Below, in pieces: positions 9,710 to 17,506 of a stretch of DNA of 64,000 nucleotides; the first letter of the stretch is position 1; the number at the start of each line of letters is the position of its first letter. The position numbers and the translations under genes are program-made. This DNA comes from a virus. Its lineage: Duplodnaviria; Caudoviricetes. Location of the stretch: the IMG/VR virus record IMGVR_UViG_3300033062_002302. One strand, written 5' to 3'. The notes beneath the pieces are model-generated. The model saw only the letters and a list, made by a program, of their open reading frames with translations, made no database searches and was not told the origin of the DNA.

Positions 9710-11623
9710 ATGCCTCCTACGCCTCCCAAATCAAAGCTAACCACTCCAGAATTTATAAAAAAATGTCAAGAGTATCATGGAGATAAGTTCGATTATTCAG
9801 AAGCGGTTTATGTTAATCAGACAACCAAGTTTAAAGCAGTTTGTCATAAACATGGGTCTTTTGAGGTTACTCCTACTTCTCATTTAAAAAGTGAATTTGG
9901 CGGATGCCTTTCTTGTTTAAAGAAGAACTCTAATGAGTCTCTTTGGTTAGATGATTTAAAAGTTAAGGCTAGAAATGTATTATTAAATCAAATATTTGTT
10001 GATGGTTTTGATCAAGAAACAAATACAGTTTATTTATATGGATCAATACCTCAATCAAAATTAGATTCATTATCTCAATATAATATCGCTTTAATTTCCG
10101 AACAAGAATTTTTGGATACTTATAAGCCGAAGACAAAGATAAGTATATTAAATAATAAATACGCTCAAATTACTATTGATCCTAAATTATTTAATAAGCT
10201 AAGGACGTTTCTCTCTTATAAAACTGAGGGGATTGAATTTACCCCTGCTTTTAGAAATGGTTGGAATGGAATTACTTATTTGTTAGATAAGAATGGTAAC
10301 TTTTTGCTGGGTCTTTTAGATAAAGTAAAAGAATTCTTAAATAATAATGAAATTGAATTCTCTATTGTTGATAATAGAAAAGAAATTGTTTCATATCCAC
10401 CAATTGATTTAAGCAAAAGACTAGAAGAGCTTGGGATGGTTCCAAGAGATTATCAGGAGCGAATTGTTCAAGCTGCAATAAATTCTAGGAAAGGAATTAT
10501 TAGAGCTTGCACTGGATCAGGCAAGTCGGTTTGTACTGCATTGGTAGCTGCTCACTTTAATAAACCAACAATTATCTATGTCATTGGGCTAGATCTACTC
10601 CAACAATTTCACGATTTGTATAGCAAGCTTTTTGATGAGCCGATTGGCTTCATTGGGAACGGGCGCTGCGAAATTCACAGAATTAACATAGCGAGCATCT
10701 GGACCATTGCAGCGGCGCTCCGAGACAAGAGCACCAAGAAAGCAACTCCTGTTACTTTAGATGATGATGAGCTTCAAAAAGAAATAGCTCCTTCTGAAAT
10801 ACAATCTCAAAACATTATTAAGATGTTAAAAGAAACTAAATTAAATATTTTCGATGAGTCACATGTCTGTACAACTAATACAATTGCGGCTATATTAAAG
10901 AAAATAGATCCTGAAAACATATATGGTTTTTCAGGAACTCCATTTCGAGATGATGGCGCAGATTTTTTAATTAATGGCATTTTGGGCGAGCAAATTGTTA
11001 ATGTTTCCGCATCCGAATTAATTGAGAAAGGTTTCTTGGCGCAGCCGCTGATTAAATTCACAAGAGTTCCGAAGACCTATATAGGAAGCGGAGGAGACAC
11101 CTACCCAACCGTTTATAAAGAATACATCGTTCAAAACGAAATTAGAAATAAAATCATATTTAACGAGGTCAAATCTCTTCTGTCTAAAAACTATCAAACA
11201 TTAGTTCTTTTTAAAAATCTTGCTCATGGAAAGATCTTGAAAGAGATGTTTGAAGATTCAAATATCCCATTTGAATATCTATCTGGTAAAGATTCATTAA
11301 AAGATAGAAGTGAAGCGAAAGATAATTTAATTAATAAAAGATCTAACTTAATTTTGGCTAGCACTGTTTTGGATATTGGCGTTGACATTCCAACTCTTTC
11401 TGCGCTTGTTTTAGCTGGTGGTGGGAAAAGCAGCATTAGAACCCTTCAAAGAATAGGGCGAGTTATTCGAAAATTTCCAGGCAAGAAATTTGCAGCCATC
11501 GTTGATTTTTTTGATGATGTCAGGTTTCTAAAAAAACATTCAAAAAAGCGGCATCGGATATATTCATCTGAAACCGGCTTTAAACTTTTAATTCCAAATG
11601 ATTTGAAACGAGAACTTTCATGA
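9710..11623 (+). CDS. SF2 DNA helicase (UvsW/XPB-like) with N-terminal Zn-binding module
   Basis: RDYQ, CTGSGKS, DESH, SGT, GVDIP, QRIGRVIR; N-terminal HGDKFDYS..CHKHG..CLSC. Confidence 0.88.
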   Translation: MPPTPPKSKLTTPEFIKKCQEYHGDKFDYSEAVYVNQTTKFKAVCHKHGSFEVTPTSHLKSEFGGCLSCLKKNSNESLWLDDLKVKARNVLLNQIFVDGFDQETNTVYLYGSIPQSKLDSLSQYNIALISEQEFLDTYKPKTKISILNNKYAQITIDPKLFNKLRTFLSYKTEGIEFTPAFRNGWNGITYLLDKNGNFLLGLLDKVKEFLNNNEIEFSIVDNRKEIVSYPPIDLSKRLEELGMVPRDYQERIVQAAINSRKGIIRACTGSGKSVCTALVAAHFNKPTIIYVIGLDLLQQFHDLYSKLFDEPIGFIGNGRCEIHRINIASIWTIAAALRDKSTKKATPVTLDDDELQKEIAPSEIQSQNIIKMLKETKLNIFDESHVCTTNTIAAILKKIDPENIYGFSGTPFRDDGADFLINGILGEQIVNVSASELIEKGFLAQPLIKFTRVPKTYIGSGGDTYPTVYKEYIVQNEIRNKIIFNEVKSLLSKNYQTLVLFKNLAHGKILKEMFEDSNIPFEYLSGKDSLKDRSEAKDNLINKRSNLILASTVLDIGVDIPTLSALVLAGGGKSSIRTLQRIGRVIRKFPGKKFAAIVDFFDDVRFLKKHSKKRHRIYSSETGFKLLIPNDLKRELS

Positions 11624-12231
11624 TTGACAATGAGTTTGGTTCATTTAATGAACCACTTAATGATAAGTATAAAAAATTCTTTGATAAATTCAAAGAAATT
11701 GAAACTACTCCAACGGTTGATTGGAAGCCGGTTCACCTTATCGCTTACTTTGCGAAAAAGTATTTTGACTTTTATCAAGTCAAATACCAATTCAAGTTCA
11801 ATACTCCAAGCCCCGCGAAATCCTTTGAAATCTTTCAAATTAAACGTCTTGCTCTTCGCTTAACCTCAGACCCAACCATCCTTCGTCAATACATAGACTG
11901 GGCATTTAAAACGAAAGCGGAAACAAGTAAGAGAAGGTTAACCTCGATTTCCTTTATGACTTCGGAAGAGCTTCTCAATAACTATAAGTTTAATGTTCTT
12001 CTTCCTTCTAATGAGACAACATTAACTAAATTGGAGCGAGGAACTTCTCTTCCGCCCAATATCAAATCTCATTTTTGTAATATTAATTACATTAATACTT
12101 ATGGAGATTTAGCTTTTATTCATAAGTCAATGGATAAAAACGCCGAAGATATGAGTCCTGAATTAACTATGGCATTAAGCAATCTTAAGAATTCAGGTTT
12201 TGATTTTAACATTTTAAGCAGGATTACATGA
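11620..12231 (+). CDS. Hypothetical protein in replication operon
   Basis: 203 aa ORF with ATGA overlaps on both sides. Confidence 0.6.
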   Translation: MIDNEFGSFNEPLNDKYKKFFDKFKEIETTPTVDWKPVHLIAYFAKKYFDFYQVKYQFKFNTPSPAKSFEIFQIKRLALRLTSDPTILRQYIDWAFKTKAETSKRRLTSISFMTSEELLNNYKFNVLLPSNETTLTKLERGTSLPPNIKSHFCNINYINTYGDLAFIHKSMDKNAEDMSPELTMALSNLKNSGFDFNILSRIT

Positions 12232-12650
12232 ACCCAGAAAAAAATCAATATGTTATCATTATATTTAAAAATGGTCTTCAATCGGAAGGATATGTTGAAT
12301 CTTGGTCTGATAAAAAATCAGTTTTAAAATCAATTGATAGTTTAACTTATTTCGTTATTCAGAATACAGACCAAGATGTTATGGCATTTAAAATCTTGTT
12401 AAATCCAAGCATTCTAAAACCTCAAAAACAATTGCAGGAAGAGTTGAAAGAGATTAAGTCTTCTTTTAATGAAGAGGTAAAAAAGCCCAGTCAGAATATT
12501 GAAGATAATCTCAGAATGAAAAATCTGGCTCAGCTTAAACAAGCAATGATTGAGCAAGAGAAAAAAATAGAGCAAGCAAAATTAAGGGAGCACAACTTTT
12601 GCGGGCTTCCAAATAAAGGAAATTATGAACACGGACTTTTCAAGAAGTAG
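12228..12650 (+). CDS. Hypothetical protein with C-terminal coiled coil
   Basis: 140 aa ORF in operon. Confidence 0.6.
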   Translation: MNPEKNQYVIIIFKNGLQSEGYVESWSDKKSVLKSIDSLTYFVIQNTDQDVMAFKILLNPSILKPQKQLQEELKEIKSSFNEEVKKPSQNIEDNLRMKNLAQLKQAMIEQEKKIEQAKLREHNFCGLPNKGNYEHGLFKK

Positions 12651-13374
12651 AGCTTTAAATACCATTCCGGAAAAGAAACTTCATAATCAACTCTTAGAAG
12701 TCGTACAATCTTGTGGTACCTGTAAAGATAAGTTTATCGTAAATGATAATAGTTTCGATAACTTATGTCCTAAATGCGTCGTGACTCATGTCGCTTTCAA
12801 TCGATATAAGGAGGCAAATATTCCGGTTGATTATTGGAATTTAAAGATGGAGAAAGATTTCGAAGGAAATAAAATTCTTTTAACAAAATATAATGAATTA
12901 ACATCTGATTTAAAGAAACATTATTTAAAAGGAACTTCTATATGTTTTGCCGGGTCCCATGGTCTTGGAAAAACTTTTTCTAATTGCTGTATATTAAAAA
13001 AAGCATGTCAGAAAGGATATACATGTCTTTACACAACTCTCTCTGACGTTGTCAATGTTCTAGTTCAATCTGACAATGAAAATAAATACCTGGCACGGCG
13101 GGAGCTAACCATGGTCGATTTCTTGGTCATCGATGAATTTGATCCGAAATTCACTTCTACAACTAGTTCAGTTGATCTTTACGCCAGGACATTGGAGTCC
13201 ATTTTTAGGACCAGGACTCAGAATAAGCTTCCTACCTTAATGGCGACTAATAGTCCAAATATAGCTGAATCATTTTCTGGACCCATGAAGTCTTCTATTC
13301 AATCTCTCATAGAAGGTAATTTAGAAGAGGTTGTTGTTTTTGGAGAAGATTTTAGAAAGAAAAATAAAGAATGA
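12625..13374 (+). CDS. DnaC/IstB-like AAA+ helicase loader
   Basis: CGTC..CPKC, Walker A GSHGLGKT, Walker B LVIDE, ATN, GEDFR; adjacent to DnaB. Confidence 0.85.
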   Translation: MNTDFSRSRALNTIPEKKLHNQLLEVVQSCGTCKDKFIVNDNSFDNLCPKCVVTHVAFNRYKEANIPVDYWNLKMEKDFEGNKILLTKYNELTSDLKKHYLKGTSICFAGSHGLGKTFSNCCILKKACQKGYTCLYTTLSDVVNVLVQSDNENKYLARRELTMVDFLVIDEFDPKFTSTTSSVDLYARTLESIFRTRTQNKLPTLMATNSPNIAESFSGPMKSSIQSLIEGNLEEVVVFGEDFRKKNKE

Positions 13375-14804
13375 GTTACTCTAATCTTGACCTTAATATT
13401 CTTAAGGTTCTCTTGACCCATAAGAGAAATGCAATTGAATTTTCCACAGAATGCAATACCAACATCTTTGAACCCGATCTCTGGAACTTCGCCAATCTTG
13501 TTGTCAATTATACCAAGGTCTACAAAGAGATTCCAACTCAAAGAGTCATTGTCGAAAAGCTTGCTCAAGGCAAAAATGATAAAGTCATAGAGTATGTTAA
13601 TAACATCTTTAAAATATTAGAAGATCATTCTTATAATGATAAAGAATACAAATTTGATTTAGATAAGATTAAGAAAAGATATCAGCAAAAACAAATATCA
13701 TTACTCAACGATTCTCTATCTAAAATAGATTTTGAAAAGGCGGATATTAATCAGACTATTTCTAACATTCAGAAGACGGTTAGCAATGTCAAGTCTATCA
13801 ATCAAACTAAGGCTTATGATCGAAAAACTCTTAAAGACGCACTCCCAGAATTCAAAGAAGAATTCAACGCTAAATTAAAAGATCCAAAGTTTGATCGTGG
13901 AATTTTAACAGGTTATTCAGCTCTTGATTCTGTAACAGATGGTTTAAGAGAAGGCGAGCTTCTTCTTATTGGTGGAGAATCTGGTGCTGGTAAGTCCATG
14001 TTTTTAATGAACATGGCAATTCAAATGTGGATGCAGCAAAACACTTTAGATATGGTAAGTAACTTTACAGAAGGATGCAATGTTCTTTATTTCTCATTAG
14101 AGATGCCATTTAAACCTTGTCGGAATCGTGTCTTGTCACGACTCTCAGGAGTTAATTCTAAGCTCATTCGTAATCCTGTCGGCAAAGAAGGACAATTAAG
14201 ACTTTCTGTTGATGATCGTAATAAGCTTAAGAAGACGATGCAGTTTATTCACAATTTCCCATATGAATTTGAAATCATTGATATTCCACGAGGCTGCTCG
14301 GCTGAAAGAATTGAAATCCTTTTCGAGGAAGCAAAGCTAAAGTTTAATCCTCAAATTATTGTTGTCGATTATCTTGGAATCATGGATGATGAAGATAGTA
14401 AAGAGGATGATTGGCTTAAACTAGGCACAATTGCCGGAAAGCTTCATGAATTGGTTCGGGCTCATAATTTGATTGGTTTATCCGCCGTTCAATTGAATCG
14501 GGTTAAGCCTTCAAAGGATGCTGAAGAAAGAGTTGGCATGCATCGAATTGGTCGGTCTGCTTTGATTATGCATCATGCCAATATTGGTATCCAAATTGGA
14601 ACAAGACCCAATGAAAAATCATATCCTGATATGGAATATTTCATTATTAAATGTCGTGATGGTGGGCAGACTAAAGGAAAGCTTATTAAGAATTTAAGTT
14701 GTGCTTCTCTTTTAGATGATCCAGGACCAGGAGATGAAGATACGGGCTTTGAATTCACAGATTATGATGATATCTCTGCTAAGATAGAAGATATGGATAT
14801 TTAG
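13371..14804 (+). CDS. dnaB: Replicative DNA helicase, DnaB family
   Basis: TGYSALD, GESGAGKS, SLEM, VVDYL, QLNR, KCRDG. Confidence 0.9.
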   Translation: MSYSNLDLNILKVLLTHKRNAIEFSTECNTNIFEPDLWNFANLVVNYTKVYKEIPTQRVIVEKLAQGKNDKVIEYVNNIFKILEDHSYNDKEYKFDLDKIKKRYQQKQISLLNDSLSKIDFEKADINQTISNIQKTVSNVKSINQTKAYDRKTLKDALPEFKEEFNAKLKDPKFDRGILTGYSALDSVTDGLREGELLLIGGESGAGKSMFLMNMAIQMWMQQNTLDMVSNFTEGCNVLYFSLEMPFKPCRNRVLSRLSGVNSKLIRNPVGKEGQLRLSVDDRNKLKKTMQFIHNFPYEFEIIDIPRGCSAERIEILFEEAKLKFNPQIIVVDYLGIMDDEDSKEDDWLKLGTIAGKLHELVRAHNLIGLSAVQLNRVKPSKDAEERVGMHRIGRSALIMHHANIGIQIGTRPNEKSYPDMEYFIIKCRDGGQTKGKLIKNLSCASLLDDPGPGDEDTGFEFTDYDDISAKIEDMDI

Positions 14805-14814
14805 GGATTTATAT

Positions 14815-15024
14815 ATGAAATCTGATGAAAAAGTCATTGCCGAAGCAAGCCGAATGGAATACGAATCAAATTCCGGGAAGCTTTATATCGTCTTCGAAAT
14901 CACCGATCCAAAGTATAAGGAAGAGCTAAAGAAAAATTGGACCTCATCTGATTTAGAATTTAGAATAATTGATAAAAAATTAATTGTTGAAGCGTCTCCA
15001 GAAGAAGATAAAAAGGAAGAATAA
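14815..15024 (+). CDS. Hypothetical protein
   Basis: 69 aa ORF, TAATG overlap with next gene. Confidence 0.6.
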   Translation: MKSDEKVIAEASRMEYESNSGKLYIVFEITDPKYKEELKKNWTSSDLEFRIIDKKLIVEASPEEDKKEE

Positions 15025-15347
15025 TGCCTCATTACGAATATGAATGTCCGGTCTGTGGAGAGTTTGAAGAATTTCACTCTATTATGATTAAATTAGACCA
15101 TTGTCCTATGTGTAAAGAAAAAGGAAATGAAGTCGAAGTTAAACGTTTAATTTCTGGTGGTTCAGGTAAAGGAATTATGTCATTAACAGATGATGAATTT
15201 AAAGCCTCTCTTCCTGGAGAAGTAAATAAACTCAAGAGTGAAATGTCTAAATCTGAAAAGGTATACTCTGATCTTTTAGGTCATGACAAATATCAAAAAA
15301 TTCAAACTCAAATAGACAATGCAAAGAGGGAGAGAGGGAGACGTTAA
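15024..15347 (+). CDS. FmdB-family zinc-ribbon protein
   Basis: MPHYEYECPVC..CPMC..KRLIS. Confidence 0.85.
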   Translation: MPHYEYECPVCGEFEEFHSIMIKLDHCPMCKEKGNEVEVKRLISGGSGKGIMSLTDDEFKASLPGEVNKLKSEMSKSEKVYSDLLGHDKYQKIQTQIDNAKRERGRR

Positions 15348-15538
15348 TGCCAACTTATTTATATTCATGTGAGCAATGCAAACAAGAGTTTGAAGAATAT
15401 CATTCTATGAGTCATGTCCTCGAAGAATGTCCAAAATGCAAAGCAAATGGAAAAGAATCTCCTCCTCCTAAGAGATTGATTTCTGGAACTTCTTTTATTT
15501 TGGTTGGTGGAGGTTGGGCAAGCGAAGGCTACAAATAA
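15347..15538 (+). CDS. FmdB-family zinc-ribbon protein
   Basis: MPTYLYSCEQC..CPKC..KRLIS..FILVGGGWASEGY. Confidence 0.88.
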   Translation: MPTYLYSCEQCKQEFEEYHSMSHVLEECPKCKANGKESPPPKRLISGTSFILVGGGWASEGYK

Positions 15539-15544
15539 TTTACA

Positions 15545-15676
15545 ATGAATGACGAAGAATCTAAGATTAAAATAAATAACATTATCCAAATATTGGAATT
15601 TATTTTATTATTAGAAGATGAAGAGATTACAAAATCTTCAATCGAATCCGTTATTGAAATGTTAAAAGAAATTTAA
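15545..15676 (+). CDS. Small hypothetical protein (43 aa, not in ORF track)
   Basis: Read by hand: MNDEESKIKINNIIQILEFILLLEDEEITKSSIESVIEMLKEI*; fills the gap before the terminator. Confidence 0.55.
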   Translation: MNDEESKIKINNIIQILEFILLLEDEEITKSSIESVIEMLKEI

Positions 15677-15690
15677 AGATATTTTGTGAT

Positions 15691-15730
15691 TGAAAATCAA
15701 GGCTTTAACCAGGCTTTGATTTTCATTTTT
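15691..15730 (+). terminator. Intrinsic terminator
   Basis: 15-bp stem TGAAAATCAAGGCTT/AGGCTTTGATTTTCA, 5-nt loop, followed by T run. Confidence 0.8.
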
Positions 15731-15795
15731 ATTTATTTTGTCAATATTTGAGTATATCATCTCAAGCATCGAATTGAAAAATAATATCGAAGGTA

Positions 15796-15824
15796 TTGAC
15801 GAACGCTCCGAGAAGAATTATATT
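15796..15824 (+). promoter_or_regulatory. Sigma70-type promoter upstream of phage sigma factor
   Basis: TTGACG-N17-TATATT. Confidence 0.65.
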
Positions 15825-15873
15825 CGTCATATGAGGCGGAAATCTATCCTTCCTCCAAGAAGAAAGACCTATA

Positions 15874-16503
15874 ATGATCCAAGAAAAAGAAGCTCAAGAT
15901 TTAATGGAAAAATTCATCAGCCTTCGTACTACCGCTGAAGAAACTAAAAACGAATCCGATATTGTTGCTCTCAAAAAGCACGAAGCAATTTGTATGAAAA
16001 AGTTTAGCTATCTCGTTACGATGAAAACGAATCGATATAAATCTTTTGCTAATTATGATGATTTAAATCAAGAAGGTTTTGAAGCTTTAATTATGTCAAT
16101 GAAGAATTATAATCCTAAGAAGGGTATTTTCTTTTGGTGGGCTCATAAATATATTGATACCAGAATTTCTCGTTCTGCTAATCTTCATACGACCATTCGT
16201 TATCCATTACGTGTTGCGCGCGAAGTGACGCCGCATAAAGAGTCCGTTATGCCATTGCAGATTGAAACAGTTCGATGTCCTGATTTAGAATTTGAAAATA
16301 AAGAGATTGGAATAATGGTAGAGAAAGGATTGTCTTCGTTATCCCAGGACCAAGAGAAGGTCATGACGATGATATATGGTTTGGACCAGGAAAAGCCTAT
16401 CTCGATTAATAAAGTTTGTCAGCGATTGGGGATGACCCGATTGAATTGTGTAAAATTAGTTGATAGTGCTTTGTCTCATCTCAAAGACCACGTTAAATTA
16501 TAA
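15874..16503 (+). CDS. RNA polymerase sigma factor (sigma70 family, regions 2 and 4)
   Basis: DDLNQEGFEAL..YNPKKG.FFWWA; region 4 HTH LSQDQEKVMTMIYGL..VCQRLGMTR. Confidence 0.85.
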   Translation: MIQEKEAQDLMEKFISLRTTAEETKNESDIVALKKHEAICMKKFSYLVTMKTNRYKSFANYDDLNQEGFEALIMSMKNYNPKKGIFFWWAHKYIDTRISRSANLHTTIRYPLRVAREVTPHKESVMPLQIETVRCPDLEFENKEIGIMVEKGLSSLSQDQEKVMTMIYGLDQEKPISINKVCQRLGMTRLNCVKLVDSALSHLKDHVKL

Positions 16504-16512
16504 GGATTATTA

Positions 16513-17487
16513 ATGTCATTACTGACCCCGCGCGCGACGTATGCTCCGTTTGAATATGAGCAAGCTTATAAATATTGGGAATTGCAACAGCAAAGCCATT
16601 GGTTACACAATGAAATTCAGATGGCTTCCGATATTAATGATTGGAAGATGATTCTCTCTGACACTGAGAAGCATGTTATAGGACATATCCTAAAAGGATT
16701 TACTCAATCTGAAATTTTTATTCAAGAATATTGGAGTCAGATGGTTTCTAAATGGTTCAAAAAGCCTGAGATCCAGATGATGTCTGCCGCTTTTTCTAGC
16801 ATGGAATCTATTCATGCTGTTGCTTATGCTTATTTAAATCAATCATTAGGATTAGAAGATTTCGATGCGTTTCTGCACGAACCTACGGCTAAAGCAAAAA
16901 TTGATCGGTTAATTTCAACAAAAGGCAAGACTAAAGAAGAGATTGCTAGGAGCCTTGCCATTTTTTCTGCTTTTAATGAAGGTGTTAATTTATTCTCTTC
17001 ATTTGCTATTCTTCTTAACTTTTCAAGATTCAATAAATTAAAAGGTGTTGGTCAGATTATTGCTTTTTCAATCAAGGACGAATCGCTACATTCTGATGCC
17101 GGATGTTGGCTATTTAGAACATTAGTTTCAGAGTTTCCAGAAATCATGACTGATGAATTAAAAGAGCAGTTATATGATGCAGCTCGTTTGACTGTTGAAT
17201 TAGAAGATGCTTTCATTTCAAAAGCATTTGAGCTTGGTCCAATTGAAGGAATTGATCTTCAAGATCTTAAGGCTTTTATTAGATTTAGAACTAATACTAA
17301 ACTTGGAGATATTGGATTAAAGAAGATCTATAAAAACATAGATAAAAAAGCGCTCGAAAGAATGGAATGGTTTTCTGTTTTAAGCTCTGGCGTTTCCCAC
17401 GTTGATTTTTTTGCAAGTAGAAATTCCCAATACAGTAAAGGCGTTACTGATTTTAGCAATATTTGGGATGATGAAGAGACTAAATAA
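16513..17487 (+). CDS. nrdB: Ribonucleotide reductase class Ia beta subunit
   Basis: ESIHAVAY, EGVNLFSSF, DESLH, DFFA. Confidence 0.93.
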   Translation: MSLLTPRATYAPFEYEQAYKYWELQQQSHWLHNEIQMASDINDWKMILSDTEKHVIGHILKGFTQSEIFIQEYWSQMVSKWFKKPEIQMMSAAFSSMESIHAVAYAYLNQSLGLEDFDAFLHEPTAKAKIDRLISTKGKTKEEIARSLAIFSAFNEGVNLFSSFAILLNFSRFNKLKGVGQIIAFSIKDESLHSDAGCWLFRTLVSEFPEIMTDELKEQLYDAARLTVELEDAFISKAFELGPIEGIDLQDLKAFIRFRTNTKLGDIGLKKIYKNIDKKALERMEWFSVLSSGVSHVDFFASRNSQYSKGVTDFSNIWDDEETK

Positions 17488-17506
17488 TATTTAATAGAGA
17501 GAATTT

